The notes below the pieces were generated by a model that was not told the DNA's origin, searched no databases, and saw nothing but the letters and a program-made list of their open reading frames with translations. From Octopus vulgaris (lineage: Eukaryota): DNA of 64,000 bases. The stretch is from positions 175,150,001 to 175,214,000 of the forward strand of contig OX597815.1 of NCBI GenBank assembly GCA_951406725.2. The letters are read 5' to 3'. Shown here in pieces: positions 53,765 through 64,000 of this stretch (position 1 is its first letter; each line of letters begins with the position of its first letter). Made by a program: the position numbers and the translations under genes.

Positions 53765-56723
53765 AATGCTGCTACATAAGTTAGATGAATAGATAAGATA
53801 AGGGTAGTTGTTTCATTATATCGAGTTAATTGGCCCAATAATTAGCTGAGCAATAAAAACTGCTTAGTCACATTTAGCTTTGTTTTCTTTGATGCAAAGT
53901 AAACAAGCCACAGTGTTGTGTGGCAACAATAATACGGGTGGCACTGGTGGGGGAGGGGGAGGGGAGGAACAGTTGCCATGAGAGGTTTCTGGGATAGGTG
54001 GTGGGGGGTTGGTAAGGACGGGCTCATCGCAGATAAGGAAACATTGAAATGACTTTGATGCCATGGCAGTAACGAAGGGAGAGGCGATTCGGATGAGTTT
54101 TACACAATGGCAAAAGGAGGAGAGAAAGGGCAAGCAATAAATCAAATTAGATTCAGTTAAAGTTAGATTAAATTAAGACAGGTTAGAGTCAGCAGAATAC
54201 AATCGGATGTTGTATGGGTGAAGTGAGGAAGCAAGCAGAACCAGCTTATGTGTACATGAATGCTTGGATGTACATGAATGCCAGCTGGGTTAAGTTCTTG
54301 GTGAGAAAGCACAGTGGTTGTGCAGAAAGTGGCATGTATGTGTGTGTGTGTGTGTGTGTGTATGTATATACATACAGCTTGTATGTGTGTCTTTGTGTCT
54401 GTGTTTGTCCCCCACCGCCATTTGACAGCTTGTGTTGAGGTGTTTACATCTCTTTAACTTAGAGGTTCAGCAAAAGACACCTATAGAATAACTACCAGAC
54501 TTTAAAAAAAGTCTTGGGGTTGATTTGTTCAACTAAAATTCTTCAAGGTGTCCCAGCATGCCGTCTAATAACTGAAACAAGTAAAAGTCAATTTTAGCCA
54601 ATCAGATCAATTCGTTTTCTACAATGCAGCCACAATTTTATGGTGTTTTTTTTTTTGTTTTTGGTTTTTGTTCTCGATATGCATTATAAGGAAAATTACA
54701 ACAGACTGTTATTCTCCATTGAAAGATGAAAATATTTAATGAAAAGCACATCTGAGCAAGGGGTGTAAGCAGCCCACTTATGAGTACCCCTCATTCATTG
54801 GACAATAAAGTTTGCTTGCGAAGACCTATTGAGGCAAGTGAAATCAAAATCACTGATATGGCCGATGACAGTACCGCCTGATTGGCACTCATGCCAGTGG
54901 AATGTTAAAAGCACATCTAAGCGTGATCGTTGCCAGGGCCACGGATTGGCTTCAGTACCGGTGGAACGTAAAAAGCACCATTCGAATGTGATCATTGGCA
55001 CATGTGCCAGTGGAACGTGAAAAACAACATTCGAGTGTGGTCATTTCCAGTGCTGCCAGACTGGCTCCCATGCAGGTAGCATGTAAAAAACACCTTTTGA
55101 GTGCGGTCGTTGCCAGAACTACTTGACTGGCCCCCGTGCCAGTGGCATGTAAAAGCACCCACTACACTCTTGGAGTGGTTGGCATTAGGAAGGGCATCCA
55201 GCTGTAGAAACTTTGTCAGATCAGATTGGAGCCTGGTGCAGCCTTCTGGCTCGCCAGTCCTCAATCAAACTGTCCAACCCAAGCCAGCATGGAAAGCGGA
55301 CATTAAACGACAATGATGATGATGAAAGGAAACAACAGGTTAATGTTGGCAATGAGTCTCTACCTTTAAATGCTAACCCTAACCTCTAACTCCAAGATCA
55401 TTTTAATTGGTTGCCAAGGGAACACGTACAAATAATATTATATTGAGGATTGGCTGTTGATCTGTTGATTGTGTGTTTATCAAATTTATAAAGAGTCGGG
55501 TGCTTGATTGCTTTCCTGAAATTAGTGTTGCAGATCATCAAAATCATTTGTATCACAGAATGCCAAGTAGCCTTGTTCTTTCCTCATTTCCAATAGCATC
55601 TTGAAATTTCTTCATACTCAGGAAAGCCTGCATTCTTTTTTCTATATCAACTGTGAACTTAACAAAACTCAACATCAGCAGTGGAAAACTTTTCTCGCAC
55701 CTGAAATAGTGCTGCTTCTGCTGCTACAGTCACAAATGTCTTTTGACTGCTTCTAAAAGAAAGCTAATCACCTGAGTGACATAAACTCACACAGCAGCAG
55801 CAGCAGCAGAAATGGTAGCATGGGGGGATGGGGGAGCATGTGCTGTAGCAGTGCATCACTGTATCCACCATTTTGTTAGGGATTCCCTACTCCTGGTAGA
55901 TGATATCTTTGTACCACTCTGGCAACAACCCTCCAAGCTATGGGGCTGTTTGGGTAGTTGTTGCTGGTGAGGGTTTTTCAAAGTCAGAGTGAAAATCCTA
56001 CCTTGACCTCTTTTCAGTCACATTTTATGACTTGCAGAGGAAATGTTGGGTCTATTCTTTGTCGTGCTGGTCTCCACACAACACTAGACCAACTTGGATT
56101 GAAATGTTTTGCTCAAGAACACATCAGTCTAGGAAGCAAATCCATGATCTGGTGATCAAGAACGTAACACCCTAACCAATAGACCACTCGTTTTCACATA
56201 GCCACTACAATAAATCATCAGAGATTATCAGCACTGACTGTTTGTCCTCACTGTAGAATGAAAGACATGGTTGAGTAAGAATCAAGGAAGCATCTTTATC
56301 CTGTCCTCTTGCTGTGTATTTTTCAGCTTTTGTTTGCTCCTTTCTCTAACTACAATGATATCTAATATCATTGTTCTCTTTCCCCCTCTCTCTGCCATTT
56401 GTAATATTACTGCTGCTCATCCTAATGGCATTGCTTCTACATTGTTGCTCAATTTGCTGGAAAAAAGCAACTAAATCTCGAGTCAGGTCCTGCTATCTTA
56501 AAAAGAAAAAGAAATATCTTGAACACATAAGGTCTCACAACTCAACTACCTTTCAAAATAGCTCGGTCAAGGCTGAGCTGGGGTTAAGTAATACATATTC
56601 TTCATTCATAAAGACATGGTTGTTACATAGCTCTTTACTTTGTATTTCTATTTTATTTTTGTTCTGTGTGTATGTTTGTGCTTCTGTAAAATGTAATTTT
56701 TTGTTCATTGTTTTCTAAATTAG

Positions 56724-56827
56724 ATGGAGATTGAAACAATGTTGGAAGAGGAAAACCTGATGGAAATAATGAAAGATTTAAACAAAAGAATCAAATCCTC
56801 CAAAGCTCAAAAGACAGATGTAGCTTG
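56724..56827 (+). CDS. PMF1: PMF1 coding exon 3 (MEIETMLEEENLMEIMKDLNKRIKSSKAQKTDVAW)
   Basis: ttttctaaattag|ATG...GCTTG|gtaagt; 104 nt; phase 0/2; matches the Nnf1 pattern 'EI....EE.NL...L..L'. Confidence 0.88.
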
Positions 56828-58574
56828 GTAAGTAAAGTAAAATGATAAATTGACTTGAGTCGATGTATTTATTAGAGGTGGGCTGGAAGCAAATTGGTAG
56901 AATCATTGGAATGGCAGAAAAAAGTGTCTTGCAGCATTTCTGGTACTTAACATTGTGAGTTCAAATCCAGCCTTTTCGTCCCTTTAGGGTCAATAAAATA
57001 AAATACCAGTCAAGTACTGGGGGTCACTTGTGTTAACTAACCTCTTCCTTTCAAAATTGCCAGCATTGTGCTGAAATTTGAAATGATTATCAGAGGTGGC
57101 CGGGTGTTGGGGTATGCACTGTTGCAGTGGGACCCAGTTGGTACTGGTGCCTTGTAAAAAGCACCAAGAACACTCTGGAAAGTGGTTAGCATTAGGAAGG
57201 GCATCCAGCTGCAATAACTATGGCAAAACAGACAATGGAGCTTGGTGCTGCATCTGGCCCTACCGGCTCCTGTGAAGCCCTCCTGCCCATGCCATCAAGG
57301 ATATTAAATGATGATGACGACATCTACTCTGGTAAGTCATGGTTGGAATCACTTCCCTTTCTAGGTGGGTGGCAGGACCAAGTCCCACTGATACATTTCC
57401 ATATTTGACAGAGTTTCTACAGCTGGAGGCTCTTTCTAATACTCACCTCTTTACAATGTGTACCAAGTGTATTTTTCTTATGGTACCACCGGCTCTGGAA
57501 ATGTTGTCTTGTTCTCAGCAGACTGGAAGTCCTCTTAACTCTAAATTATTTTCAATTGTTAAAAGCATGAGAAAGAGAGAATCTGGATGAGAGTATAGTG
57601 ACAGGAATAGAACAATAAGAACAGTAGGAGACTTGGTAATAGGAAACATGTTAATTGTTGTTGATGATGATGATGATGTGTATGCGCATATATGTGAACG
57701 TGCATATATCCTCATCATTTAACATCTGTTTTCTATGCTGGCATGGGTTGGACGGTTTGACAGGAGCTGGCAAGCCAGAAAGCTACCTGGCCTCCAGTTG
57801 TCAGTTTTGGCATGGTTTCTATGGCTGGATGCTGTTCCTAATGCCAACTGCTTTACAGAATGTGGACTGGGTGCTTTTTACATGGCACCAGTACATATGT
57901 ATGTATACACACACACACACACACGATGATTATGATGGCTGTCCACTTGTGATGAAGGAAGACCATCACTGACAATTGTCCAAGCAAAATGCCAGCAATG
58001 CCTGTACATGAGGTCTTTGTGCCAGCAGTCACTTCTGCAGTTTTCCTGTTCACTGTGACACCCTCCTACTCGACTGGGCATTCAATAGTCACCTTAGCGA
58101 ATGTTGCACAACCTAAACTTTCAGGTCCAATAAAGCTTGCATTGTATCTCACAGACCCTCTCCACCCTACCGACATGATCTAGAGACGAGTGAGGGCAAG
58201 ATATCCAGTGTCAATACAGGTCAGAGGCTCAAGAATGTGGGAGCGCCATGATCTCAAGCATGAACAAAAGATCCCTAAAATGTCCAATGCCATTCCCTGC
58301 ATATCTGGTTTTATACCTGAGTGACCTTCTCCTAGAGACAAAGCTGAGTGGGGGTAGCCATGTTATTGCTGGATAGTTGTTGAACATGCATTAGACTCAA
58401 CTGTCTTTTCGACAGGTTTTGTATCAGGTCACTTGTGAGGTATCTCAAGAGTGCTACTGGTAACATGCAATCCAGTACAACTTGTTGCATGCTTGGATTG
58501 TTGGCAACAAAACCAGCACCCCTCTAGGCTGGCTTGGTGAGGAGGGTTGCTAAAAACCCAGCAGGATCCATATA

Positions 58575-59790
58575 TCATCATCATCATTTAGCATTCAATT
58601 TCCCTGCTGGCATGGGTTAGACAGTTTGACTGGAACTGGTAAGCTGGAGAGCTGTACCAGGCTCCTACCTGTTTTGGTTTGGTTTCTACAGTTGAATACT
58701 CTTCCTTATGCCAGCCATTCCATAAACTTTACTGGGTGCCTTTCACGTGCCACTGGTACAGATGCCTTTTATGTGTCACTAGCACTGACCATAACTATGA
58801 TTTCATTTGGCTTGATGTCTCTTCTGAAGCAAATCTTCAAAGGTCTCAATCACTTGTCATTGCCTATGTGACACTCAACATCCAATGATCGTACTTCACC
58901 TCCTTGTTCTGTATCTTCTGAGTCTACCTCTTCCACAAGTTCCCTCCACAGTTATAGAGGATGAAAGGTAGACTGCATGATGCCTGTGTGCGAACTGCCA
59001 TGCTACATGGCAGTGAAACATGGACTATGACTGCTGAGGACATGCGTTGGCTTGAAAGAAATGAAGCTAGCATGATCCACTAGATGTGTAATGTCAGTGT
59101 GCATACACGACAGTGTAAGTGCCCTGAGAGAAAAGTTGGGCATAAGAAGCATCAGATGTGGTGTGCAAGAGAGACGACTGCACTGGTATTGTCATGTGAT
59201 GTGTATGGATGTGGACAGCTATGTGAAGAAGTGTCACACCCTAACAGTGGAAGGAACCTGTGGAAGAGGTAGACCCAGGAAGACATGGGATGACGTGGTC
59301 AAGCATGACCTTCGAATGTTGGGCCTCACAGAGGCAATGACATACGACTGAGCCCTTTGGAAATATGCTGTGATTGAGAAGACCCGGCAACTAAAGTGAG
59401 ACTGCAGCCATGACTGATGCCAGTGTTGCATGTCCGGCCCATTTGATGCATCGGGTGATATGATATGCTTGAGAAGACCTGTTGAGTCAAGTAAAACCAA
59501 AATTGTAGCTGTGGCCAATGTCCCTTGACTGGTTCCTGTTCCGGTGGCACGTAAAGTGCATCATCCGAATGTGGTTGACAATGCCAGTGCCACCTAAATG
59601 GCTCCCATGCCGGTGGCACATAAAAAGCACTCACTACACTCTCGGAGTGGTTGGCATTAGGAAGGGCATCAAGCTGTAGAAACATTACCAGATCAGATTG
59701 GAGCCTAGTGCAACTGCTGGCTTTCTAGACCTTAGTCAAATCGTCCAACCCATGCCAGCATGGAAAGCAGATGTTAAACGATGATGATAA
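58575..59790. mobile_element. Two abutting RTE 3' fragments in opposite orientation (58575-58945 minus; 58950-59790 plus)
   Basis: ORF 59091..59351 'LREKLGIRSIRCGVQERRLHWY...RGRPRKTW'; tails at both outer ends. Confidence 0.85.
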
Positions 59791-59803
59791 ATATATATAT
59801 ATA

Positions 59804-61170
59804 CTAGCATTATGACCCGTCGTTGCCGGATCATAGTGCTAGTGCATGTATATATGTGTATATATATGTTTACATATTACATGTACATCTATACATAAAA
59901 TACAAAATACAAAGTTATATCTTGATATCGCTAGTGATAACAATGCTCAAAATATATAACAGACTGGAATTGTAGGCCCGTCTCTTGCAATTTCAATCAA
60001 TTGTATCTTGTCCTCCCTCTTGTATAGAAGTGTGGCTACAATCCAGCCTACCTCTACTTCTGGGGGGGACATTTTAGATTTTTATCCGGGACGTCTTACA
60101 TCCCAGATATAAAGGTAAAAATAAAATATTTCCACTTTGCAAGGTTCGAGTCGAGTACTCCCTTGCATGCTCCGTTGACTCGAACCTTACTTCTATTGTG
60201 GCGAATTTACCGCCTCTGGTTAGATATCTTTCATAGTCGCACCAAGGCACTTTTCGATGGTGCTTTCCTCCAGGTGTTCAAATCTTTTTTTTTTCCTCTA
60301 CATTATATACTCTATAGACAATAGTCTTTTCTTTAATTTAATTTTTTATTTTGTTTGGTGGTGTTATCCTAGATTCACCATTTTTGTCGGTGATCAATCC
60401 GAAATAGGTTTGTATTTCTTCCATTTTAATTTGAATGAGTTCGTGCCTGCCGACGGCTGCAGCGAAATTCATTTTTGGACTTCCTTCTATTGAAGGCATT
60501 CTAACAAAAATGCTTCCGTATAAACGGTGAAAATATTGTCAATTTCCCCAAACAGGGACACAATTCAATTTTTAAACAATAACCAAAGGGGGAGGGTTAC
60601 AGTTTACAATTATTTAACAAATGCAACACAACAACGTTTCCTTTACGAGGAACCAACAAACGTGATAACAATAGTTAAACAGTAATAATAATAACAACAA
60701 ACCTTACGGTGACTCAAAAAGCAGTACGCAGTTGATTTAATTTAATTTATTCCCATTCATGTGAAACCACTTATTCAAGTTCAAGTCATTGATGCAATTT
60801 TATGCCAATTGCTATTTTTACTTTTGTTATATTACGATTATATTATACTTTAGTTTGATTTTAATTATTACTTACTACATATAATTCAATTGTTATTATT
60901 ATCTCTAATTTTTATTGTTACAGTGAAAGTATCTGACATAAAATAGAGAAATGTTTTTGTTTCACTTTTAACACGTAATACTGAAATAGTGGAGAAGATA
61001 TGATATTGCTATGGGCTCGCCCTAGGCAAGAAGTTGAACATTTTTTTTGCCCATGAAACTACATGAACCCTAAGTAAGGCATGTGTAAAATTTGAATGAA
61101 ATTGATTGTGTAGTTCTCAAGTTTTAGGGAAACAGACAGACAGACAGACATTCTCGGTTTTATATATAGA
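59804..61170 (-). mobile_element. Non-autonomous Helitron-like element (1367 bp) with internal cargo
   Basis: Minus-strand 5' end TCTATATATAAAACCGAGAA(TGTC)n; 3' end CTAG within the hairpin ACTAGCACTATGATCCG-GCAACGA-CGGGTCATAATGCTAGT; inserted between A and T with no TSD. Confidence 0.8.
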
Positions 61171-61266
61171 TATATATATATGTTTGTGTGTGTGTGTATG
61201 TATATGCACATATATATGTATGCATATATAATATGTATGCATGCACACACACACACACATATATAA

Positions 61267-61323
<57 letters not shown>

Positions 61324-62457
61324 ACACACACACACATAAAGGTATGATACCTGAATCATCTTTGTTTTTCACTTATTGTTGATACAACACCAGTGAAATA
61401 TTAGAGACAGTTCTTTCATTTTCTTCCAGGCAGGGAAGAGTCCCTTGTGACATGTCTATTACATGATGTCTGAAGATGTATGGGGGTCTAGTTTTTAAGA
61501 GTGTATGGCTCAGACTTGCAAGGCTATGGCCTCTTCAATACATTGTGTTTTTGAGCAAGGCACTCTTTTCCATGTTACTCCAATCTTCTCAGCTGAAAAT
61601 GAATACTAGCCAAGGGATTTCAGTGCTGTCCATTCTCCTTCCAGCTGTCTGACTACGTAGGGACCTCAAGCAGTTACTGAATGCCTTTGTTCAGGCTGAC
61701 AGAACATATTTGTTTGCTGGTGGAAGCCCTGCTTTGATATGCACACTCATAAACACGCTTAGAATGGTTTTTCTGCTGTTTCTGTCTTGCAATTCGAACT
61801 CAGAAAGAAAATGTGAAACCATGGCTCTGTAGAAGACACTTGCTGTATAGAGGGATTGAACACGAGACCACATACTTGCTAAGAAAACTTCTTAACTCTG
61901 CAGCTGTACATAACCTCATGCTATGTCACAGGGAGAACTGCTTAACCCTGCATACACCAATCCATGGCCTGGCAAGGCCGGAGAGTTGCACCAGGTTCAA
62001 TTGTCTGCTTTGGCATGGTTCCATGACCGGATGCGCTTCTTCCTAACACCAACCACTTTATAGAGTTCAGTGAGTGCTTTTTGTGTGGCACCAACACTAG
62101 CAGGGTTGCCGAGTAACTTGTGAAATGAAGACCTCTCTTCAGCTGGGAGAGAGGGAGAGTGCATCTGTGGGAAGTGGTTCCACTCTCATTTGTGCCAGTT
62201 GAGAGGCTGAAGTATATTAGAGGGATAAAAAGAGGTCTTATTGTAGAAGAGATATTTGGCTACCCTAGTAGGAAAAGAGGAGGGAATGGAGAGATTGACA
62301 GATTGAGAGGGAGACACATAACCATAGCCATATATATACACACAATCACACATCTATGCATCCATCCAACCATACAGCCATACATACATCCCCCAGGTAA
62401 CAATTCAGGGCAGTGTTTTTATGTTTTACTAATTATTAAGTTAATTACTGTTGCCAG

Positions 62458-62656
62458 GCGTCCTACGGGTAATGTTGATGACGACATCCGTGCACACGCG
62501 ATGCCAGTGAAGATGAAATTACGAGACAATTTACAGACTATGTTGAGCAAATTGGAAGAAGAGAACAAGCAGTTACAAACCATTGTATGTGAGCGACAGA
62601 AGAACCTTATAAAAGGTGAACAAAAACTGAAAGACTATAATGCTTTCTTTGAAAAA
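62458..62656 (+). CDS. PMF1: PMF1 coding exon 4 (WRPTGNVDDDIRAH...LEEENKQLQ...AFFEK)
   Basis: gttgccag|G CGT CCT ACG GGT completes the hallmark 'AWRP(S/T)G' motif; coiled-coil tail; donor AAA|gtgagt (read-through gives a stop at 62665). Confidence 0.9.
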
Positions 62657-62882
62657 GTGAGTTGAAATTTGAAATAACTTTCTTTTTTATGTTACATATT
62701 TTATAGAACAATGTGTGAAGCCAAGCAATATTGTGGGTTACAAATTGTCAGTGGATCAGTCTGTATTTCTAATGGAAACAGCAACATAAGCAAGTTGGGA
62801 ATGGATGGGGGTGTCTTTAGAAACAACACTCGTTTACTGATTTTTACATCCTTCAACAATATACACCAAAAGATATAAATCT

Positions 62883-63797
62883 ATCATCATTATCATCATC
62901 ATTGTTCAACATCCATTTCCCATGCTGGCATGGGTTGGACGGTTTGACTGAGAACTAGCAAGCCAGGAGGCTGCACTAGGCTCCAGCATATATATATATA
63001 AAAATTTGTTTCTACGCCAACCACTCTGAGAGTGTAATTGGTGCTTTTTATGTGTCACCGGCAGGGAGCTAGTCAGATGGCACTGGCATCGGCCATGCTC
63101 AAATGGTGCTTTTTATGTGCTAGTCAGGCAGCACTGGCATCAGCCACGCACAAATGGTGCTTTTTACATGCCACCAGCACAGGTGCCAGTCAGGTAGCAC
63201 TGGCATTGGCCATGACTATGATTTCACTTGGTTCAACAGGTCTGCTCAAGCTCAGCATGTTGCCTGATGATTGAAGGGTGCTTTTAAAGGGGCCAGTTAT
63301 GAGACACAAGCTTCGGTCATGACTACAATCTCACTTGGCTTGCCAGGTCGTCTCAAGCACAACATATCTCCAAAGGTCTCGGTCACTTGTGATTCCCTCT
63401 GTGAGGCCCAGCATTCGAAGGCTGTGCTTCACCATCTTATCCCATGTCTTCTTGGTTTTACCTCTTCCACGGGTTTCCTTCACTGTTAGGGTTTGACACT
63501 TCTTCACATAGCTGTCCACATCCATGCACATCACATGATTATACCAGTGCAGTCGTTTCTCTTGCACACCACATCTGATGCTTCTTATGCCCAACTTTTC
63601 TCTCAGGGCACTTACACTGTCGTGTATGCACACTGACATTACACATCCAGTGGATCATGCTAGCTTCATTTCTTTCAAGCCTACGCATGTCCTCAGCAGT
63701 CACAGCCCATGTTTTACTGCTGTGTAGCATGACTGTTCGCACACAGGCATCATACAGTCTACCTTTCACTCTGAGCGAGAGGCCCTTTGTTACCAGC
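62883..63797 (-). mobile_element. RTE LINE 3' fragment with tandem UTR units
   Basis: ORFs 63331..63639 and 63539..63826; (GAT)n tail near 62883-62902. Confidence 0.88.
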
Positions 63798-64000
63798 ATA
63801 TATATGTATAAAAATTTGTAGTGCAATATATAGATTCAAAGGATCCTGTGGCTATCGTGGAAAGCTTCTCTAGCAAATCCAGCTTGCAGACCACATAGGA
63901 ATCCACTATAGAGGAAGATAATGCAGAGTTCTTTGCAGTTGAAAAATGTAAAATAACTTATACACACAAATTATTATTTCATGATGACGGCTGCAAATTG

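Noticed and set aside
62159-62457. N-terminal part of the 168-aa ORF 62159..62665
   Set aside because: Intronic repeat-derived sequence; only 62458 onward is the PMF1 exon.

Overview
AT-rich, repeat-dense eukaryotic DNA, most likely a coleoid cephalopod (Octopus-like SINE and RTE repertoire; inference). The ORF track largely misses the real genes because their exons are small. Manual splicing recovers two divergently oriented genes. (1) Minus strand: an RRM-domain RNA-binding protein gene, ATG at 18672, with seven short coding exons down to 1429; the gene continues past the window start, and there are candidate 5' UTR exons plus a promoter or recursive-splice-like site near 21510-21670. (2) Plus strand: a PMF1/Nnf1 (MIS12 kinetochore complex) orthologue with four coding exons at 38005-62656; its 3' end is unresolved. 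The rest is mobile DNA: many RTE LINE fragments with a 67-nt tandem 3' UTR unit, a young CR1-like LINE inside a roughly 1.9 kb (TA)n tract, an older CR1-like LINE whose 3' tail matches a SINE tail, three tRNA-SINE families, a mariner relic, TTAA (piggyBac-type) MITEs, an 8-bp-TSD GGATC-ended (Merlin-like) MITE family including an 803-bp palindrome with TTAGGG repeats, LTR relics with a tRNA-Trp-like PBS, and a Helitron carrying a decayed LINE ORF1-like sequence. I see no prokaryotic-type system. All alignments and counts were done by eye, and repeat boundaries without TSDs are approximate.
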